Assembly (NCBI GenBank): GCA_039545335.1
Contig: BCIN01000002.1
Span: 1,846,484-1,910,483 of the forward strand
Source of the DNA: Kondoa subrosea
Taxonomy: Eukaryota
Reading direction: 5' to 3'
DNA length: 64,000 bases
Below, piece by piece: positions 42,001 to 56,809 of this stretch (positions are counted from its first letter, which is position 1; every line of letters starts with the position of its first letter). The position numbers and the translations under genes were made by a program. The notes under the pieces are model-generated. The model was not told the DNA's origin. It was given only the letters and a program-made list of their open reading frames with translations, and did not search any database.

Positions 42001-43653
42001 CTGACGTTCGAATTGCAGGATCCCAAAGAATACATCCCTTTCCTGCGGGAACTGCGGCAGCTAGAACCGCATTATCAACGCCATCGAATCGACGACCATC
42101 TACGGAACTACCGACAAGCTCTCCGAAATCTCATTTTGGCGGGACAGAAGTATCACAGCGAGGCAAGCGATTACATAGTGCTACACGGGCTGTATGAAGA
42201 TGCCCTTAAGCTATACGCTGAGGATTGCTCTCGGCTGAAGGTATGCTTTGACGACATTACAAATGTCGGGTGTATGCTGACCACAGCACTCAGATAATTC
42301 ACGTGCTCTATGCTCAACACCTGCTCCAACGATGTAAATATTCAGAAGCGGGCCTGCGTGAGTTCAGTCGATCGAGTTATATTGCTTCTAATATGCACAA
42401 TAGACTTCACGCTCGCCCTGGATCGCACTCAAGCGATCGAGGCGTACGCCCAATCTGCTAATTGGCGAGAATGCTTTGCTCTGTGCCTCTGTCCGCTTAC
42501 ACCTGAAGACACGCCAATCGGTGTCGAGCGAATCACGGAACTTGCAATAGATATATCAGGTTGGTACCCAGGTCTGCCCTGTCCTTAGGCTGATCTGGCT
42601 TTTGACAACATGACAGCTCGACTCAAATCAAACGGCGCTTTCTCCGAGGCGGCTCGAGTGCTGCTCGATTATGGCAGAGACGTGGAAGGGTCAATATTGG
42701 CGTCTTGTGACGGTTCTGAGTTCCGCGAGGCAATACGAATTGTCCGTCTGCTCTTCAAATCGCCGGTGACAAGCGGCTTCTGACTATCAACTCCAGGCTA
42801 CACTTTATTCGCGCGTAGAGCTGATAGAGAGTACCATCTTGCCCGCTGTCGAAGAAGCTGTCGATCATATAACAGAGACACTCGAAGAGGCCTCGGCGCA
42901 ATTGAAAAAGCAAGTCGATCGCCTTTTAGAACTGGCTTCTATCCGCACAAAAGATCCAGGTTAGTCTTATCCTGCTACATTGTCGATAACTGCTGAAGTT
43001 GCAAACAGAGGCTTATATCGGAGAAGCAGATTACTCAGCCTTAGATGGTGTAGATGTCGACGACTCCGCTTCGACAATCGCTGGGACAGCATTCACTCGA
43101 TATACACAAGCAGCCAGCACTACCGCTATATCTCGAACGACGACTGGATCAGGGTAAGTCCGCTTCATTGATGCGAAGTGCATTGCTGATCCATAAAGGA
43201 TCGCAGGAAGACCGCCAAAGCGAGAAGGAAAGATGCACGACGGAAAGAAGGCGGGGGCAAAAGAGGAACAATTTGGGAAGAGGATTATCTGCTCGGTTCT
43301 CTTTCGAGAATGGTCGAGGTCCGCTTGTCCACGATGCAAAGTCAGTTGCCCGATTCTATGCCATTGTGTCTACTGAAGTTGCTGCTACAGAGGACATGGG
43401 CGACCTGCTACCGGTGCTACTGCAGTTGACCAAACAATCGAGAAGTGGTCTTGCGCAAGGAGCCAAATTGCAAGCGATGCTGAAGACCTTCGAAGCAGAT
43501 ATCAAGAAGCAGATCACGATTGTGTGGGATGATGTGGAATCTCGCATGAGAAAGATGGACCCCGTGAAAGCTGGTACATCAACGATCGGACTAGTTAGAA
43601 GACCTTCGATACCCAATCTCAAATGGAGTGTTGGGCTACTGGACCCACTGTGA
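39027..43653 (+). CDS. ELP1: Elongator complex protein 1
   Basis: [65 protein letters not shown] and [12 protein letters not shown]. Confidence 0.96.
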
Positions 43654-43776
43654 TGGAGATTGTAGAATTTAGAATTGGCGTGGCACTGGCACTTGACAGT
43701 AATTCATGATAACTGATATGTATTTACATAACTAACGATCACAATTGCAATCACGTCCATCTGACGGAAAGGACAG

Positions 43777-44898
43777 ATGAGCGTTGACAATTTACTTCTT
43801 GCAGAACAGCAGGAGGGCGTCTTGGTTCTCAAATTGAATCGAAATCCTGTGTGTCGTTAAGCAGCTCAAAAGAAGCTTTCTGAGTCATAGTGAAAGCGCA
43901 ACGCCTTCAATGACGAGTTCTTCCAAGCTCTACACAGTGCCTTCGCGAAAGCAGACAACGATTCAAGTGTCCGATGTGTTCGTCATCGAGTTCTGCAATT
44001 CGCGCACTGACTCATGAGTCTGCAAGATCGTGCTCTCTTCCTCTATTCCGCGCTTCTTCTCTGCTGGGCTAGATTTATCAGCGGTCTCTCTGGGCAACAG
44101 GCATCCTGAACCTTCTCGCAATGCTTTCCTCATACGACAACATCTGCAAATGCTCCAGGACGCCGTGACTGCTATCGAGAAGTGCTCGGTACCGGTTATT
44201 GCTGCGCTTAGTGGTATTGTGCTGGGTGCTGGCGTCGACATTTCAAGCGCTTGCTGCATTCGACTAGCTTCATCGCAGGCAGTCTTCAACATCAAGGTTG
44301 CTGTCGCTGCTTTTTGCAGCTCAGCCGATATTGAGCGCCTTTTACAGGAGGTCGACGTAGGACTTGCAGCTGACATAGGCACTTTACAAAGAGTACAGAA
44401 GGCAGTTGGCAATCAGAGCAAGTTTCGCGAACTGGTCTATACCGCAAGAAACTTTGATGCACAAGAGGCATACGATCTTGGATTTCTGAGCAAGGTTGTA
44501 CCAGGAGGTCTCGACGAGGTTCTATGCGAGCAAACATTTCAGTCTCGATATCACGCGCTGAGCGTCTGAGTAGCGGAGGCAATCAAGCTCGCTCACACAA
44601 TTGCGACCAAGAGTCCTGTAGCCGTACTAGGGAGCAAAGTGAGTCCAATCACAGGCTCATGCGCTTAAAACCTAATACATCTGTAGCATCTCATCAATTA
44701 CTCGCGAGATCACACGGTAGACGAAGGCCTTTTATATACAGCCGCATGGCAAGCTGCCCATAACCAATCACAGGTAAGTAGCCTGCAACTCTTGCATAGA
44801 TGTAGCCGCTCAATCTGGGGCTTTAGGACATATCGGAGAGTGCCAAAAGCTTCTTGAGCAAGAAGAAGGCGACTTATCCACCTTTAGCAAAGCTTTGA
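43777..44898 (+). CDS. ECH1: Delta(3,5)-Delta(2,4)-dienoyl-CoA isomerase (crotonase family), peroxisomal
   Basis: FSAGLDL, PVIAA..G...GAGVD, KEVDVGLAADIGTLQR and YSRDHTVDEGL. Ends in PTS1 AKL. Confidence 0.93.
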
Positions 44899-44951
44899 CG
44901 AAAGCCAATGTGTATGGAATCCAGATAGTGTTTCAGTATTACATTTCGCTA

Positions 44952-47071
44952 TTATGCGCTCATATTTACATCTGGGATCGTCGTCGTCGTCATAGGATGT
45001 GAAGGCGCCTCGGGAGTTGGTATAGCTGCAATTGCCTGTGTTGTGACAGCACTGCTTGACACTGCTTCAGTCGCTGCTGCTGATCCATTCTGCGTCAAGC
45101 TGGACTTTTCCCTGGATCGATCTTTTCGCCTCGTTGTCGCTCCCTCTTCATCATCAGAGTCATCTATCTCGTTGTCCGCTGCTATTCGTACGTCTTGCTC
45201 TCGTTGCGGCTTTCTTTGATCCGGATCGTCCAGATCTTCGTCGATCTCCATATCATCTCTAGGCAGTTTGGGAATTGCTGCGATAGAGTTCCGCCTTCAT
45301 TGGGTGGTATAACCAGATATAGAATGACTTACGTTGCTGTTGCACGGAAGGCGCATTAAATCCTGTATTTCTTAGATTCTCAAAGACTTGTTCCTTGATC
45401 TTTTCCAAGTATTCTCGAGTGTTCAAATCGTCCATGTTACTTTGCGGTACGTCCAGCCTGTACGTCGGTCCATAGTATTCGTAATACTCATTGATCGGCA
45501 CATCTACAGTACGTCAGCTTGCTAGAGCGATTGCAATTAGATAGGACTGACGAGATCCCAATTCGACTCCAGCTGCTAGACCTGTTTCATATGCCCACGC
45601 GCGTGAAACATTTCGTATTGTATATCCACCTCCTCCAAGCAGAAGTAATGGTAATCCAAAAGACTTGATGTATTGCACGCAGTTGGCATGACCTTCGATT
45701 GTATATCCATCTTAGCTGAGCCCGCAGATTTGAAGTATTTACTCTTACCTCGCATGGACAGATTGAAACAACCTATCCGATCTCCACTGAGCGAATCACT
45801 TCCACATTGTAAAACGACGGCATTAGGTTTGTATTGCTCCATGATCCGACCAATCACCGGCTCAAAGACTGATTTGTAGGCTTCGTCCGTAATACCATCT
45901 CTGAGCGGGAAATTGACAGCATGGTGTTTGCCTTTGCCGTGACCCACGTCCTATACAAACACGGTACGGATGAAATCATTGCATGAGAACAGAGAGTTGA
46001 AAATAATTACTCGAAGGTCTCCTGTTCCGGGGAAGAATTCGCCATACTTATGGAAAGAGCAAGTCATAACTCTGTCTGTGGTATAGAAAGCTTCTTCTAC
46101 GCCATCGCCGTGATGCACATCGATATCTACATAGAGCACTCTGTTGTGGTACCTATACACAAGCCGTCGCCATATCAGCCGGACCAAAATATGTTGCATT
46201 TTGGACGTACCGTAGCAGCTCAAGAATGCCCAGAACGATATCTGACCAATTCATCAGCCATAATACGAACAAGGAATGACTGTTGGACATACCATTGATG
46301 TAGCAGAAACCACTTGCTTCAGCTTTCTTGGCGTGATGCAAACCACCTGCCCAGTTGATGGCAATGTCGCATTTGTCTCTTGACAATCTCGCAGCACCCT
46401 CTAAGATACCAGACTTCAACCACTACGACATATGGAACGGTATAATAGCGAACCCATCGATCCGCCAGCGGAAATTGAGCAGTACTCGAAAAGACCATCG
46501 AAAACTGGACAATCGTCCCCCACATTGACTGTGATTCTTGTCAGCTCCAACTGCAGAAGATTAGAGTGGCTCTTGCCTCACATTTAGCTTGTTCCCGACC
46601 ATACGCGTCCATATTATCTGGTGTAATCCGACTAAGGAAATCTACGTATTCATCCGTGTGAAATTGAGCCATTTCTTTCCGTGTTGCTGGTTTTGCTCGC
46701 TATCGTAAGTATGTGAGTACATACCGACTTGAGCAGGGAAAAATGGGGACAAACAAAGATTTCCATTCTTCGATATAAACCGAAATTCATTACTAGCGAA
46801 TGTGTCATCTACCGCGCAAGTATAGTCATATCAATAAGTCGCAACTAGTGAGCGCGAGAGCAAAGAGCTAACCTTTATCCGATGCGGTTTCATGGGATGC
46901 TGTTGTGCATAATGATAGTTTCCAATGTCCGAATCGAAGAAATAGCACTATGCATCACAAAGAAAGTTTAAAAGAAGACAAGAGCATGAACAAGGAGACG
47001 TTGAACGAATGGTAGATAGGAAAACGGACGACTCGACGTTTTTGCTCGCCTGGAATAACAGTCATTGACAT
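44952..47071 (-). CDS. RPD3: Class I histone deacetylase
   Basis: [53 protein letters not shown] and [10 protein letters not shown]. Confidence 0.97.
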
Positions 47072-47201
47072 GATTGACGCCCGCACAAGGTACTCAGCCG
47101 CTCGCAAGCAACTGAATTTCCGACACAGAGGAACACGAGAAGGAAGCAAACAAAGTCGCGGTTCTGGTTCAGACGCTCTCTTTCCGAGACGTCGAGCTGC
47201 A

Positions 47202-47965
47202 ATGTCAGCGCAGGCTCAGGTGAATTAGCTGTGTATACAGTTCTGCATCACAAGCTAAAGACGCTGCTGTACAGTCTTACAAGGATAGGTTGGTTTTCGT
47301 TCCAATTTGGATGGAGAGGAGATGAAGGTCTGATCAACTCGTAAGCAACAGACGACTGATAGCAACAATTGGCGATGAGGACACCATTACTGGCGTACTG
47401 CTAGCTGGCACAGGCCAATTGGCTGCTGGTACGGGCAAGAAGAACTTCCTCATAGTCGACAATAGTCAGTCTAGATGTTTTGGCTTTCTCCTCTTTGCTG
47501 AAATGCTTTGCTGCCGACAGAGACTTCTACTTCAACTATCGAATCTACTTTTCAAGAGTTCACCGAAAGGAATGACATTGCCATTATCCTCATAAATCAG
47601 CACATTGCTGAACTCATCCGTCCAACTATGGAAGCTTATACACTTCCATTTCCTGCTATCCTGGAGATACCGAGTATGTCGTATGTCTTACAGACATCTA
47701 TTACTTCTGACGTGTTACTCCAGGCAAAGAACATCCTTAGCAAGTGGTTGTCCTTCTCAGCAGTAGTAAAGTGCTGATGATGTACATAATACAGTGATCC
47801 GAGCAAGGACGCGTGCGTGCAGCTTGTTCTTGGCTTGCTTCGTTTGCTAATGAGTGCTGGCCTGGACAGTGTACTCAAGAAGGTAAAACTGATATCATCA
47901 ACCGAAGTGTTTTGCCCGTCTTACTTTCGTTGTCTTGCCAGGTTCGAAAGCTGTTCGGGGAGTAA
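47202..47965 (+). CDS. VMA7: V-type ATPase subunit F (8 exons)
   Basis: Spliced IATIGDEDTITGVLLAG, DIAIILINQHIA and [30 protein letters not shown]. Confidence 0.96.
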
Positions 47966-48062
47966 TCATATAAATCAAGTTTTCTCCTGTATTCATAGAC
48001 ATAGATCGTGCAATGCTCTCATACCAATGCTGAATTATCTTTGTATTACATCCCAAACTAAA

Positions 48063-50696
48063 CTATTCCGAACCACTCTCTTCTTCCTCGCTCTCGCTTG
48101 CATCATTGATGAGATCCGAAACATCGCCTTGGCTTTCTTCGTCCGTATGAAAATCACCTTCACCTTGAATGAAACCTTCTTCCCCACTCTCGTCAGCTTC
48201 AAGATCCATAAAACCTTGTATTTCTTCTTCATCTGATTCTGACGCCTCGTCATCTTCATCATCCGAAGTAGATGGTCGTGGGCCAAGCACGACATCTTCT
48301 ATTGCTCCTTCATCATCTTCGCTATGGACGTTCTCATCAATCATTGCTTCATCCTCTTGCTGATCATCTTCTTCATCACCATCTTCTTCGCCAGCGGACG
48401 AATCTTCTTCACCTTCGACAATATCAATGATGGCTTTTTGTTTTGAAGCACCAGTTCGTTTCTTCTGAGCGTGTTGTTCCGCTTCTCTTCTCAACTCGAT
48501 CTGCGAGCAGACGAGTTCTAGTCGGCCGGAAAGAGCCAGAAGTGGTTCATGAAGTTGTAAACGGGCTTCGATGGTTCGATGTAGATTAGACAATCTCGAG
48601 GCAAGACCGGGTATCTATAATTTACAAGCTTCCAATGAGCATCTGATCATCCCAGGAACCAGAATTAAAGAGACGTACCGTGATTAGATGAGCGATATGA
48701 AGGACCAGAACAGCCCTTAACCACAAAACTAAACCTTTCCCTCTATTCGCATGAACACCGCTCACTCCCGTCCCGTACCCTCTTCTGCCTCTGCCTAATC
48801 TTTCCACCAAAGCATCAACAAGCGGTATCACAAGATGAGCAGGGAGACGTTTAACAGTATTCTTGATGATCTTTTCTTTCGAATGTACCAAACAGCTTTC
48901 AAGCAATCTTGAGTCGGAGGAATGTAAAGCTTGAACGAGAGATTGAGTTAATGATGCAGATGGAACGGGTAAGATGGAATCCGCTGCTAAGGACTTTTTG
49001 CTGGAAGAAGAATTGTTTTCTTGTTGGACTGCTAAAGACTTGAGTCGGTCGGCCAAAGTAGGTTCCGACATATCCACGTCGATTTCGCCTGGATTGACTA
49101 CGACGTCTGCTAGATCTTGATCAAAGTCGCCAATTGGGCCTGAGGCTGTTTGAGCAGATGTACTTGTACTAGAGGGGCGGGCTCTAGTGGTAGGCTAGAT
49201 CCAGCTCTCACATCAGAGTGACTCCTCCAAACAAGTCATTACAACTTACTGCGCCCATATCTTCGTCATCGGCCTCATCCTGAAATAGTACGCCTTTGCC
49301 TTTTGACGGTTTTGAGACTTCAATCTTGGGCAAATATTTTCCGTTAGCTTGAAATTCCTGTTTATAAATTGAATCAATACAGGACACATATGAAGGGACT
49401 TTCACATACGATCACATCAAATTGAGGTTTTATTCCGGCTCGAGCTAAACGCAACTGCCCAGCCTGGCCGGGCAAGACTTGTAGATCTGTAAAGACATCG
49501 GACGAGGCAACTCCTTTTGCGGTAATTTCGGACACAGGTCGAAGAGATATTATTTTTGCATGAGGTTTGGAGGAAGTGCCGTTCACTTTCTCTACAGGGC
49601 TGAGAAGTGATTGCGAAACGGTAGTTATTGATACTTGACCCTGTACTGAAAGACCTGCCAGTGTTGCAGAGGATGAGGTTGAATGGACAACTAGACTCTT
49701 GTGTACTGCGCTGTCTAAACCAAAAGTTGCAACTAAAGACGCTTCGGTTTCTTTGGAAGCCGAGTACTGCAGAGTCCACAAGTGAAGTGTTCGGTCTGAA
49801 GATGCTGCCGAAAGAAATGTGAGAGAGGCAGAAGACGAAGAAGTGATCCATTGCAGGTCGATGACAGCAGAAGGATGACCAGTGCATGCGCCTAGCTTTC
49901 TGACTTCGAGCTGCTGCAGTTGCGAAGCAGGTATTGGTACATCAACTTCTAATATCTTGATATTATGTTTGCCAGCAAGTATTTGCGCTTTGGCAGCAGC
50001 ATTATCCACTTGCATGGAATCTTCTTCGCTGATATTTGTATATTTGACATCTATTGTGCTCCATCCAGATCCCAAGCTAGTCATTTGACCAACTAAAGCG
50101 CCTTCATTGCCGTCGGAAGATGGTAAAGACCAAGCTAATATTTGACCGTCAGAAGATGCTGACCATAGAAGGTTCGCTGGGCCAGACGGATAAGAAAGGG
50201 ATGTGATTGACTGAACAGAAGCAGCGTTGCTCAGGCGCTTCACCGGTCCAGCATTTGTAGGATGTAGCAAGATTATAGATCCATCCGACAAACCTAAAGC
50301 CAAGGCAGATGTCTTTACTGATTGAGCATCGCTCTTCTGTAAGATGTCTACAGGTGTTGCTTCCTCTCCGTTAGAAGTCAAGGATTTCCGACTTCGTTTT
50401 TTCGTGCGTTTGCTTTCTATTGCTTCAGCTGTGGGAGCATTCAATTGTACCCATTGCAGAGATCCCACTTTCTGATTGTCGTCAGATCCAGCCCAGCGAT
50501 TCAAGCATCGTCCTGACGAAATATCAAAAATTCGGACTGTGTGTGAATCAAGTGCAAGCGAGACGTGTGCGTAGAATGAGGAGCTGAAGGCTGTCAATGC
50601 AGAGGTAGTAGAAGCTTGAACAGGCTGATGCAGTGCTGCAGTCGATGGTGCGACAGTCTTCTGCTTCTGCTTTTTGCTACTGCTTTTTGAAGTCAT
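48063..50696 (-). CDS. UTP5: U3 snoRNA-associated protein Utp5/WDR43
   Basis: N-terminal WD40-like region, Dip2/Utp12 domain (SLVQALHSSD..LLESCL, TVKRLP, WLRAVL..H, LLALSGRLELV) and an acidic tail. Confidence 0.88.
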
Positions 50697-50896
50697 GATT
50701 TACAGCTCGACAAATTCGTGTGCTTGTTGCGCGAGGTAATCCGTGACAGGGGTATCAGCACCTAGAAAGAACGCAGCACCAATTTCACAGTGAATAGATC
50801 GGAAGCAACATTGGACAAATTTTTCGAAGCATGACAGAGCTGACGCGAATGTGAAGAGCAGCAAAACTTCGATATAGCATTTACAATGATTGAAAT

Positions 50897-53863
50897 CTAC
50901 CAATCCATCCGCGTCTTACTGTCTCCAGTGATAATCTTTCCCTTGTAGCCAATCTGTGTCACACAAGCTTTGGCTCCAGTACAGATCTCAGGTTTGAAGC
51001 ACTTACCCCATCGAGCCATGGCCAAGTTTGGGTTCTCTTCGTCTCGAAGGACTCAATCTGAGCATTGTGAGTCAGGGTAAGGTTGATATCATCCAGACCT
51101 TCGACCAAGCAGTTCTTCCGGAATGCATCAACGTCGAAGTTGATGCTTTCGCCATTCGGTCTGTTGATCTTCTGATTCGGCAGGTCAACTTCAAGCTGAG
51201 ATCCAGAGTTCGCATCCTCCATAAGCTTTGCAATATCCTCCGTCGAAGCAATGATTGGCAGCATGCCATTCTGTGATTAAGTCAATCCTTGCCATTACAT
51301 TAGGGTGAAGAAGATCACCTTGAACATGTTGTTGAAGAAGATATCGGCGTAAGAAGACGCAATTACACATCTGCAATAGTTCGTGAGCCTCGAAATCAGA
51401 GCAATGATCAGGACTAACTTGATACCAAAGTCTAACAAAGCCCAAGGAGCATGTTCTCTTGAGCTTCCGCAACCGAAATTAGGCCCGCCAACGACCAAGA
51501 TTTGAGCTTGTCGATATGGGTCTTGATTGAGAACGAAATCAGGGTTCTCCTTGCCTGTCTTGTGATCGTATCGCATCTCGTTGAAGAGCGCTGCTCCCAA
51601 GCCAGTCCGCTTGATTGTTTTTAGGAATTGCTTCGGAATGATAGCATCGGTATCGACGTTACTAAAGATGATTTTGAGCGAAGAAGAGTAGTGTAGCTAA
51701 CGAGCCGTACCTCTTGTCTAGAGGAGCAGCAACACCTTTTAGGACAGTGAATTTGGCAACACCGGCGGGCACGCTGGCGTGAGCAGGAGCTGCCGCTGAT
51801 TGAGCTTCACTATCGAGTCCTTCTTCCACAGGTGATTCAGTTGGTTGCTGTTGTGTCTCTTGAGCATGTTCTTTTGGCGGCGAATTGTCCACTTCAGGAT
51901 CCACCTTGGCGCATTTGGGTTCTGGATTCTTTGCGTCTAGGAACTTGCGAACATCTGTCAAACGGCCTGTAATAGCCGCTGCAGCCGCCATAGCAGGACT
52001 CATAAGATGTGTTCGTCCACCAGGGCCTTGACGACCTTCAAAGTTGCGGTTGCTCGTTGAAGCGCATCTCTCGCCCGGGCTAAGTTGATCTGGATTCATA
52101 CCAAGACACATAGAGCATCCTGCTTCTCTCCAGTCAAAGCCAGCATCTTTGAAGATTCTGTCTAAACCTTCCGCTTCTGCTTGGATTTTGACTAAACCGG
52201 ACCCTGGCACAACCATAGCATAGATATTAGGCGCGACCGTATGTCCTTTAACGACCTTTGAAGCCAAGCGAAGATCTTCTATGCGTGAATTAGTGCAAGA
52301 CCCGATGAAGACCTTTTCCGTAATAGTCAAGCAAAATCAACGAAGAAGACTGAAGTGACTTACCTTATTGATGGGAATTTCTTCCATTTTTGTATTGGCT
52401 TGAAGACCCATATATTCAAGAGATCGCTGTATGCTTTTTTTCTTGGCTGGATCAGACTCTTTCTCTGGGTCCGGAACGCTTCCTCCAATGTTTGTTACAT
52501 CTTGAGGACTAGTTCCCCAACTGACAGTAGGCTCAATATCCTTCGAATCGATATCTACTGTCCGATCGAAAGTTGCGTTGTCGTCTGACTTGAGAGTCTT
52601 CCAATAAGCGACTGCTTTGTGCCATTCTTCGCCTTTAGGTGCAAGAGGTTTGTCTTTCAAGTAGGCAAAAGTGGTTTCATCAGGAGCAACCATGCCTAGG
52701 CAGAACAGTCTGAGTCTGATCACATGATTGACAGTAATCGATTACCTGCGCGTGCACCGCCTTCGATAGACATATTGCATACACTCATTCTTGCTTCCAT
52801 CGACATCTCTTCGAATGCTTGTCCGCAGAACTCAATGACTGATCCAGTTCCTCCTGCTGTTCCGATTTGGCCAATGACATGAAGGACAACATCTTTCGAA
52901 GTTACACCAGGCATAAGAGAACCGTTCACTCGAACCCGCATGTTTTTCGATCGCTTTTGAATCACAGTTTGTGTAGCAAGAACATGTTCTACTTCTGATG
53001 TGCCAATACCAAAAGCTAAAGCACCGAAAGCACCATGCGTAGAAGTATGAGAATCCTACAAACGGTGGTGAGTCGTATACGAGCGAATGATATCCTTACT
53101 CACGCCGCAGACGACTGTTGTTCCGGGTAACGTGAAACCTTGCTCAGGTCCAATAACCTGCAACAAAAACGTGAGCCAAAATACAACCTTAGCCTGTTTG
53201 TGGCCTACATGAACAATACCCTGCCTCTTGTCATCCAATCCAAAGTAGGTCAGACCAAAATCTCTGACGTTTTCTTCCAAAGTGACAACTTGTAGGCGAG
53301 AATCGGCTCTGTCAATGATGTTTCAGCATTGACTTGTGCGAAATCTATCGGCCACTGACTCTTTGATGAATGATGAAGCTGATTTGAAGTTCTACACGTG
53401 TTCTTTAGTCTGTATACATTGGGCACATGTGATACAATACCTTTCGATTAGATGTAGGAACATTGTGATCGGTTGCTAATGGGAGAATCAATTTGAAGTC
53501 TACCACCAGAAAGCTCTGAATCTTACTAGCTAGAGTGCAATCTGGTCTTCTGACAGTTCGGCCTGCGTTCTTGAGACCTGATGGGAACTATATATCAGCC
53601 AATCGCATTTTCTCGAAATGCTTTGACTCACCTTCGAAAGCCTGAGGTGATGTGACCTCATGCACTGATAACAACGCATTGGCACTGATACACCTTCTAA
53701 CATCAGAGCATATTACTCACCAATATGTCGGTCAATGTAAATCAAACTTTCGCCATCCGCTTCACGAATCAAATGATCGTCAAAGACCTGCAGCTTGCAT
53801 GTGAACCCTGAGCGCTGTGTTGAGCATGTCACCAACCTTTTGGTATAAAGTTCGTGGAGCCAT
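50897..53863 (-). CDS. LEU1: 3-isopropylmalate dehydratase (fused large and small subunits)
   Basis: [70 protein letters not shown] and [11 protein letters not shown]. Confidence 0.98.
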
Positions 53864-54062
53864 TTCGTGAAAGATATGGTGGAAGTGGAGAAACTGCGAT
53901 GACTCGGAACTGTGCGCTTGGCAATCAAATCGCTTGTCTCATGCACAATTGTCTTGCAAGCTGTTCGAATACATTGACCCAGCTCTACAGAATCCTGAAA
54001 TATCCTCCGCTACTATGACCAGCCTACTTTGCTGCTAAGTCTTGGTCGACCCAGTATTGCAC

Positions 54063-54959
54063 TTATCCTGCGAACGGGAGACATTGCCGATGCAAACGGG
54101 CATTATTGTACAGCCAAAGCGGGCACGATGTGTGAGAATTGCCTTCAGATTCATTTGGCAGGCCAAAAGAAGTTGCAGCCAGGGCAAGCGACTGCGGCTC
54201 GATTACGAGATTGCAATATTGTTCAGACGATGTGTCGCTGCTGAGCCGTTTCTTTGTGCTCTTGCGTTGTTTCTTGCTTACCCGACGTTTGATGTTTGCT
54301 AGATCTTCCACGGTAGAGAATCGATTCTACTGTTGAGCTCAGTATTTAGATAGAGCCTATGAGTAGATTGACATACGAGTGTTTCATGCGTCCAGAACTT
54401 TGCATGCGGTCCGTACTGATCATCAATGACGCTATACTGCTGGGCATTCAATCTCTTGAAGCCATAGATATTGAGTTGACGCGCAAATGAATGGTAGTCC
54501 TGCATAAATATGAGCATAGCAGTGACCAAAAAATTTTGCGACTAGCCTTCTGCTTATACAACTGTTTGATCACCTGCTCGACCAATGCTTCTTCATCAGG
54601 AATGACTAGATAGCGATGCGTAGTATCCCAGAAGAAAACTTCACTTTGAGAATTGTGCCGTAGATAGCTGAGATCATTGTGAGCGGATACCGTGAAAGAA
54701 GAAAAAGTGCTTACTCCCATAATCGGAAGAGGAAGCTGCGGCCTCGGTCACGACGGCTGCTGATTTCATAAATCGGAATGGGTGGACTGCGAAAGGTTTG
54801 CTGATCTACTGAAGGGTCGAGTGAGGTGAGAGACTGGTCATTATTAGAGAAAGTATTGGCAGCAAGAGGGACTGAAACAACTTGATAGGGCTGAAAATGA
54901 CTGTCGAAAGATTGAGTTCTGATTGCTCGATTCGCGGACGGGCCTCGAAAGCTGCTCAT
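54063..54959 (-). CDS. Short HSF-type DNA-binding-domain protein (divergent)
   Basis: SFLFRLW, FFWD...LVI, DYHSFARQLNIYGFKR, FWTH and IKRR. The 5' end is uncertain. Confidence 0.8.
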
Positions 54960-55527
54960 TGCACGAAGAGAAGGTCATGTCTTACCTCGACTCACTATCA
55001 AGAGCTGGCGCATGATCTCTGCAGGTGATATTGACTCATTTGCACAGCTCTTGCATCTGCCAGATCATGCTCTTGTAGCAGCACAGCAAAGTGGTCATCA
55101 AGCAGAAAAGCACAGCATAACGAGGGGCGCCAGAGAAAGTCCAAGTCATCTGCAAATGCACTGCTCAGACCCACAGCAGTAGTACCGCAGTCCGGACGAG
55201 AGAATCAGAGGAGACTGAGAAAGCTGCTGAAGGACAGAGGAACGCAAACAACTCAGAGTAGAAGGCAGGCGAAAGGTTGGTCATATAAGCGCCAGAGAGC
55301 AATGAAACAGGCCATGCTGTGGAAGGTTGTAAGTAAAGACCAGACTACAGCTGTACGTGATAGAAGACATGGCTCCAGTGCGGTGACTGTTCAGCATTGC
55401 TCCGAACCATGGGTTGAGGGCAAGAACAGTCAAAACGAGTTTTCCAAATTGCAATCTCTTATTGCGAACCTCCAAGTCGCCTTTGTATATATCGAGCACT
55501 TATCATACCTGCAACTGATCACTCAAG

Positions 55528-56521
55528 ATGCGTGTAGAAGCTTGCTCTTTTTGCTCGGCGCCTCGTTATCCTGGGCACGGAAGTGAGTTTGAGCAAATTT
55601 AGCACTCAACGGGATGAAGGCTGATCAATGATCTATCCAGCTATGTTTGTGCGCAATGATGCAAAGATCTTTCAATTCTGCTCTTCGAAGTTAGTCTTTT
55701 CTCGCTTGGGAAAGATTTTTGACTTTGAGCTGATTATTTATGCATTGCAATCACTTAGATGTCATAAGAACTTCAAGTTAGTCGCATAGGCGCTGCACGC
55801 TGTGTTTCTTCAGAAACTGATAATACTCTTGCCTCGTCCAGAATGAAGCGAAATCCAAGAAAAGTACGCTGGACCAAATCCTTCAGGAAAGCAGCAGGCA
55901 AGGAGATGGCTATCGTGCGTATTCTATGCAAGCACTATCAGACACAGCTCACACCACACTTCTTATGCTTATAGGATTCTACGCTGGAATTCGAAAAGAG
56001 GAGAAATGTACCTGTGAAATACGATCGAGAGTTGATGCAAGCGACAGTCAAGGCAGTCAAGCGGGTCAGCGAAATCAAGTCAAAGAGGGAAAAGGCATTC
56101 TGGAAGAACCGGTAAGCATTATTCGCTCAAGTCAAGACTTGTTGGAACTCATTTCTGCCGCAGAATGAATCTGGATGCGGCACCGTCACTAGCAAGAGAT
56201 ACATTAGAAGTGTCTCGTGGTCATCATTTACTTGGTCAAAACCCGACAGAACAAACCCTCAAAGCACTCGCTGCAGCAGAGAAGCGTTTGGCAGCGAAAG
56301 AGGCACGTCGGCAAGCACGCATCAAAGCGAACAGATCGAAAGCTGCAGATACTGCGATGGAGGACGACGAAGCGATGGCGGATGTCAGTTTGGCAGATGC
56401 GGTTGGACAGGCAATGGTTGCGCCAGAACAGGACACGAGAGAAAAGATCAAGGTCAAAGTCAAGAGCTCAAAGAGGAGATCGGCTTTGGTACCTGCTGCT
56501 TCTGGAATGGATATGTCTTAG
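55528..56521 (+). CDS. RLP24: Ribosome biogenesis protein Rlp24
   Basis: [43 protein letters not shown] and [18 protein letters not shown]. Confidence 0.96.
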
Positions 56522-56809
56522 TTTCATCTGTATTATTATCTCCTTTTGGATTCCTTGCATTCTTACATTGTTCGTCACTTCTCTAGTGACTTGGATTCGT
56601 TGACTTTTGCGCAGATTATACTCAGACTGTCATGCTTCGCGATATGTGGGCCGTTCGCCGATTTCGGTAGCGGAAATATCATCATCATTCGCGGGATGCG
56701 CGATGTCGATCTTTCTCTACAAATTTGATTTTTCTCTCTCTCTCTTCTCTTCCTGATGCAAAGACTCCTTCAGACTCGTCGTTTATTTTCTACCACAACA
56801 CTTCGAACA

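Noticed and set aside
50897..53863. LeuC-LeuD fusion in one gene
   Set aside because: This is the normal architecture of fungal LEU1.
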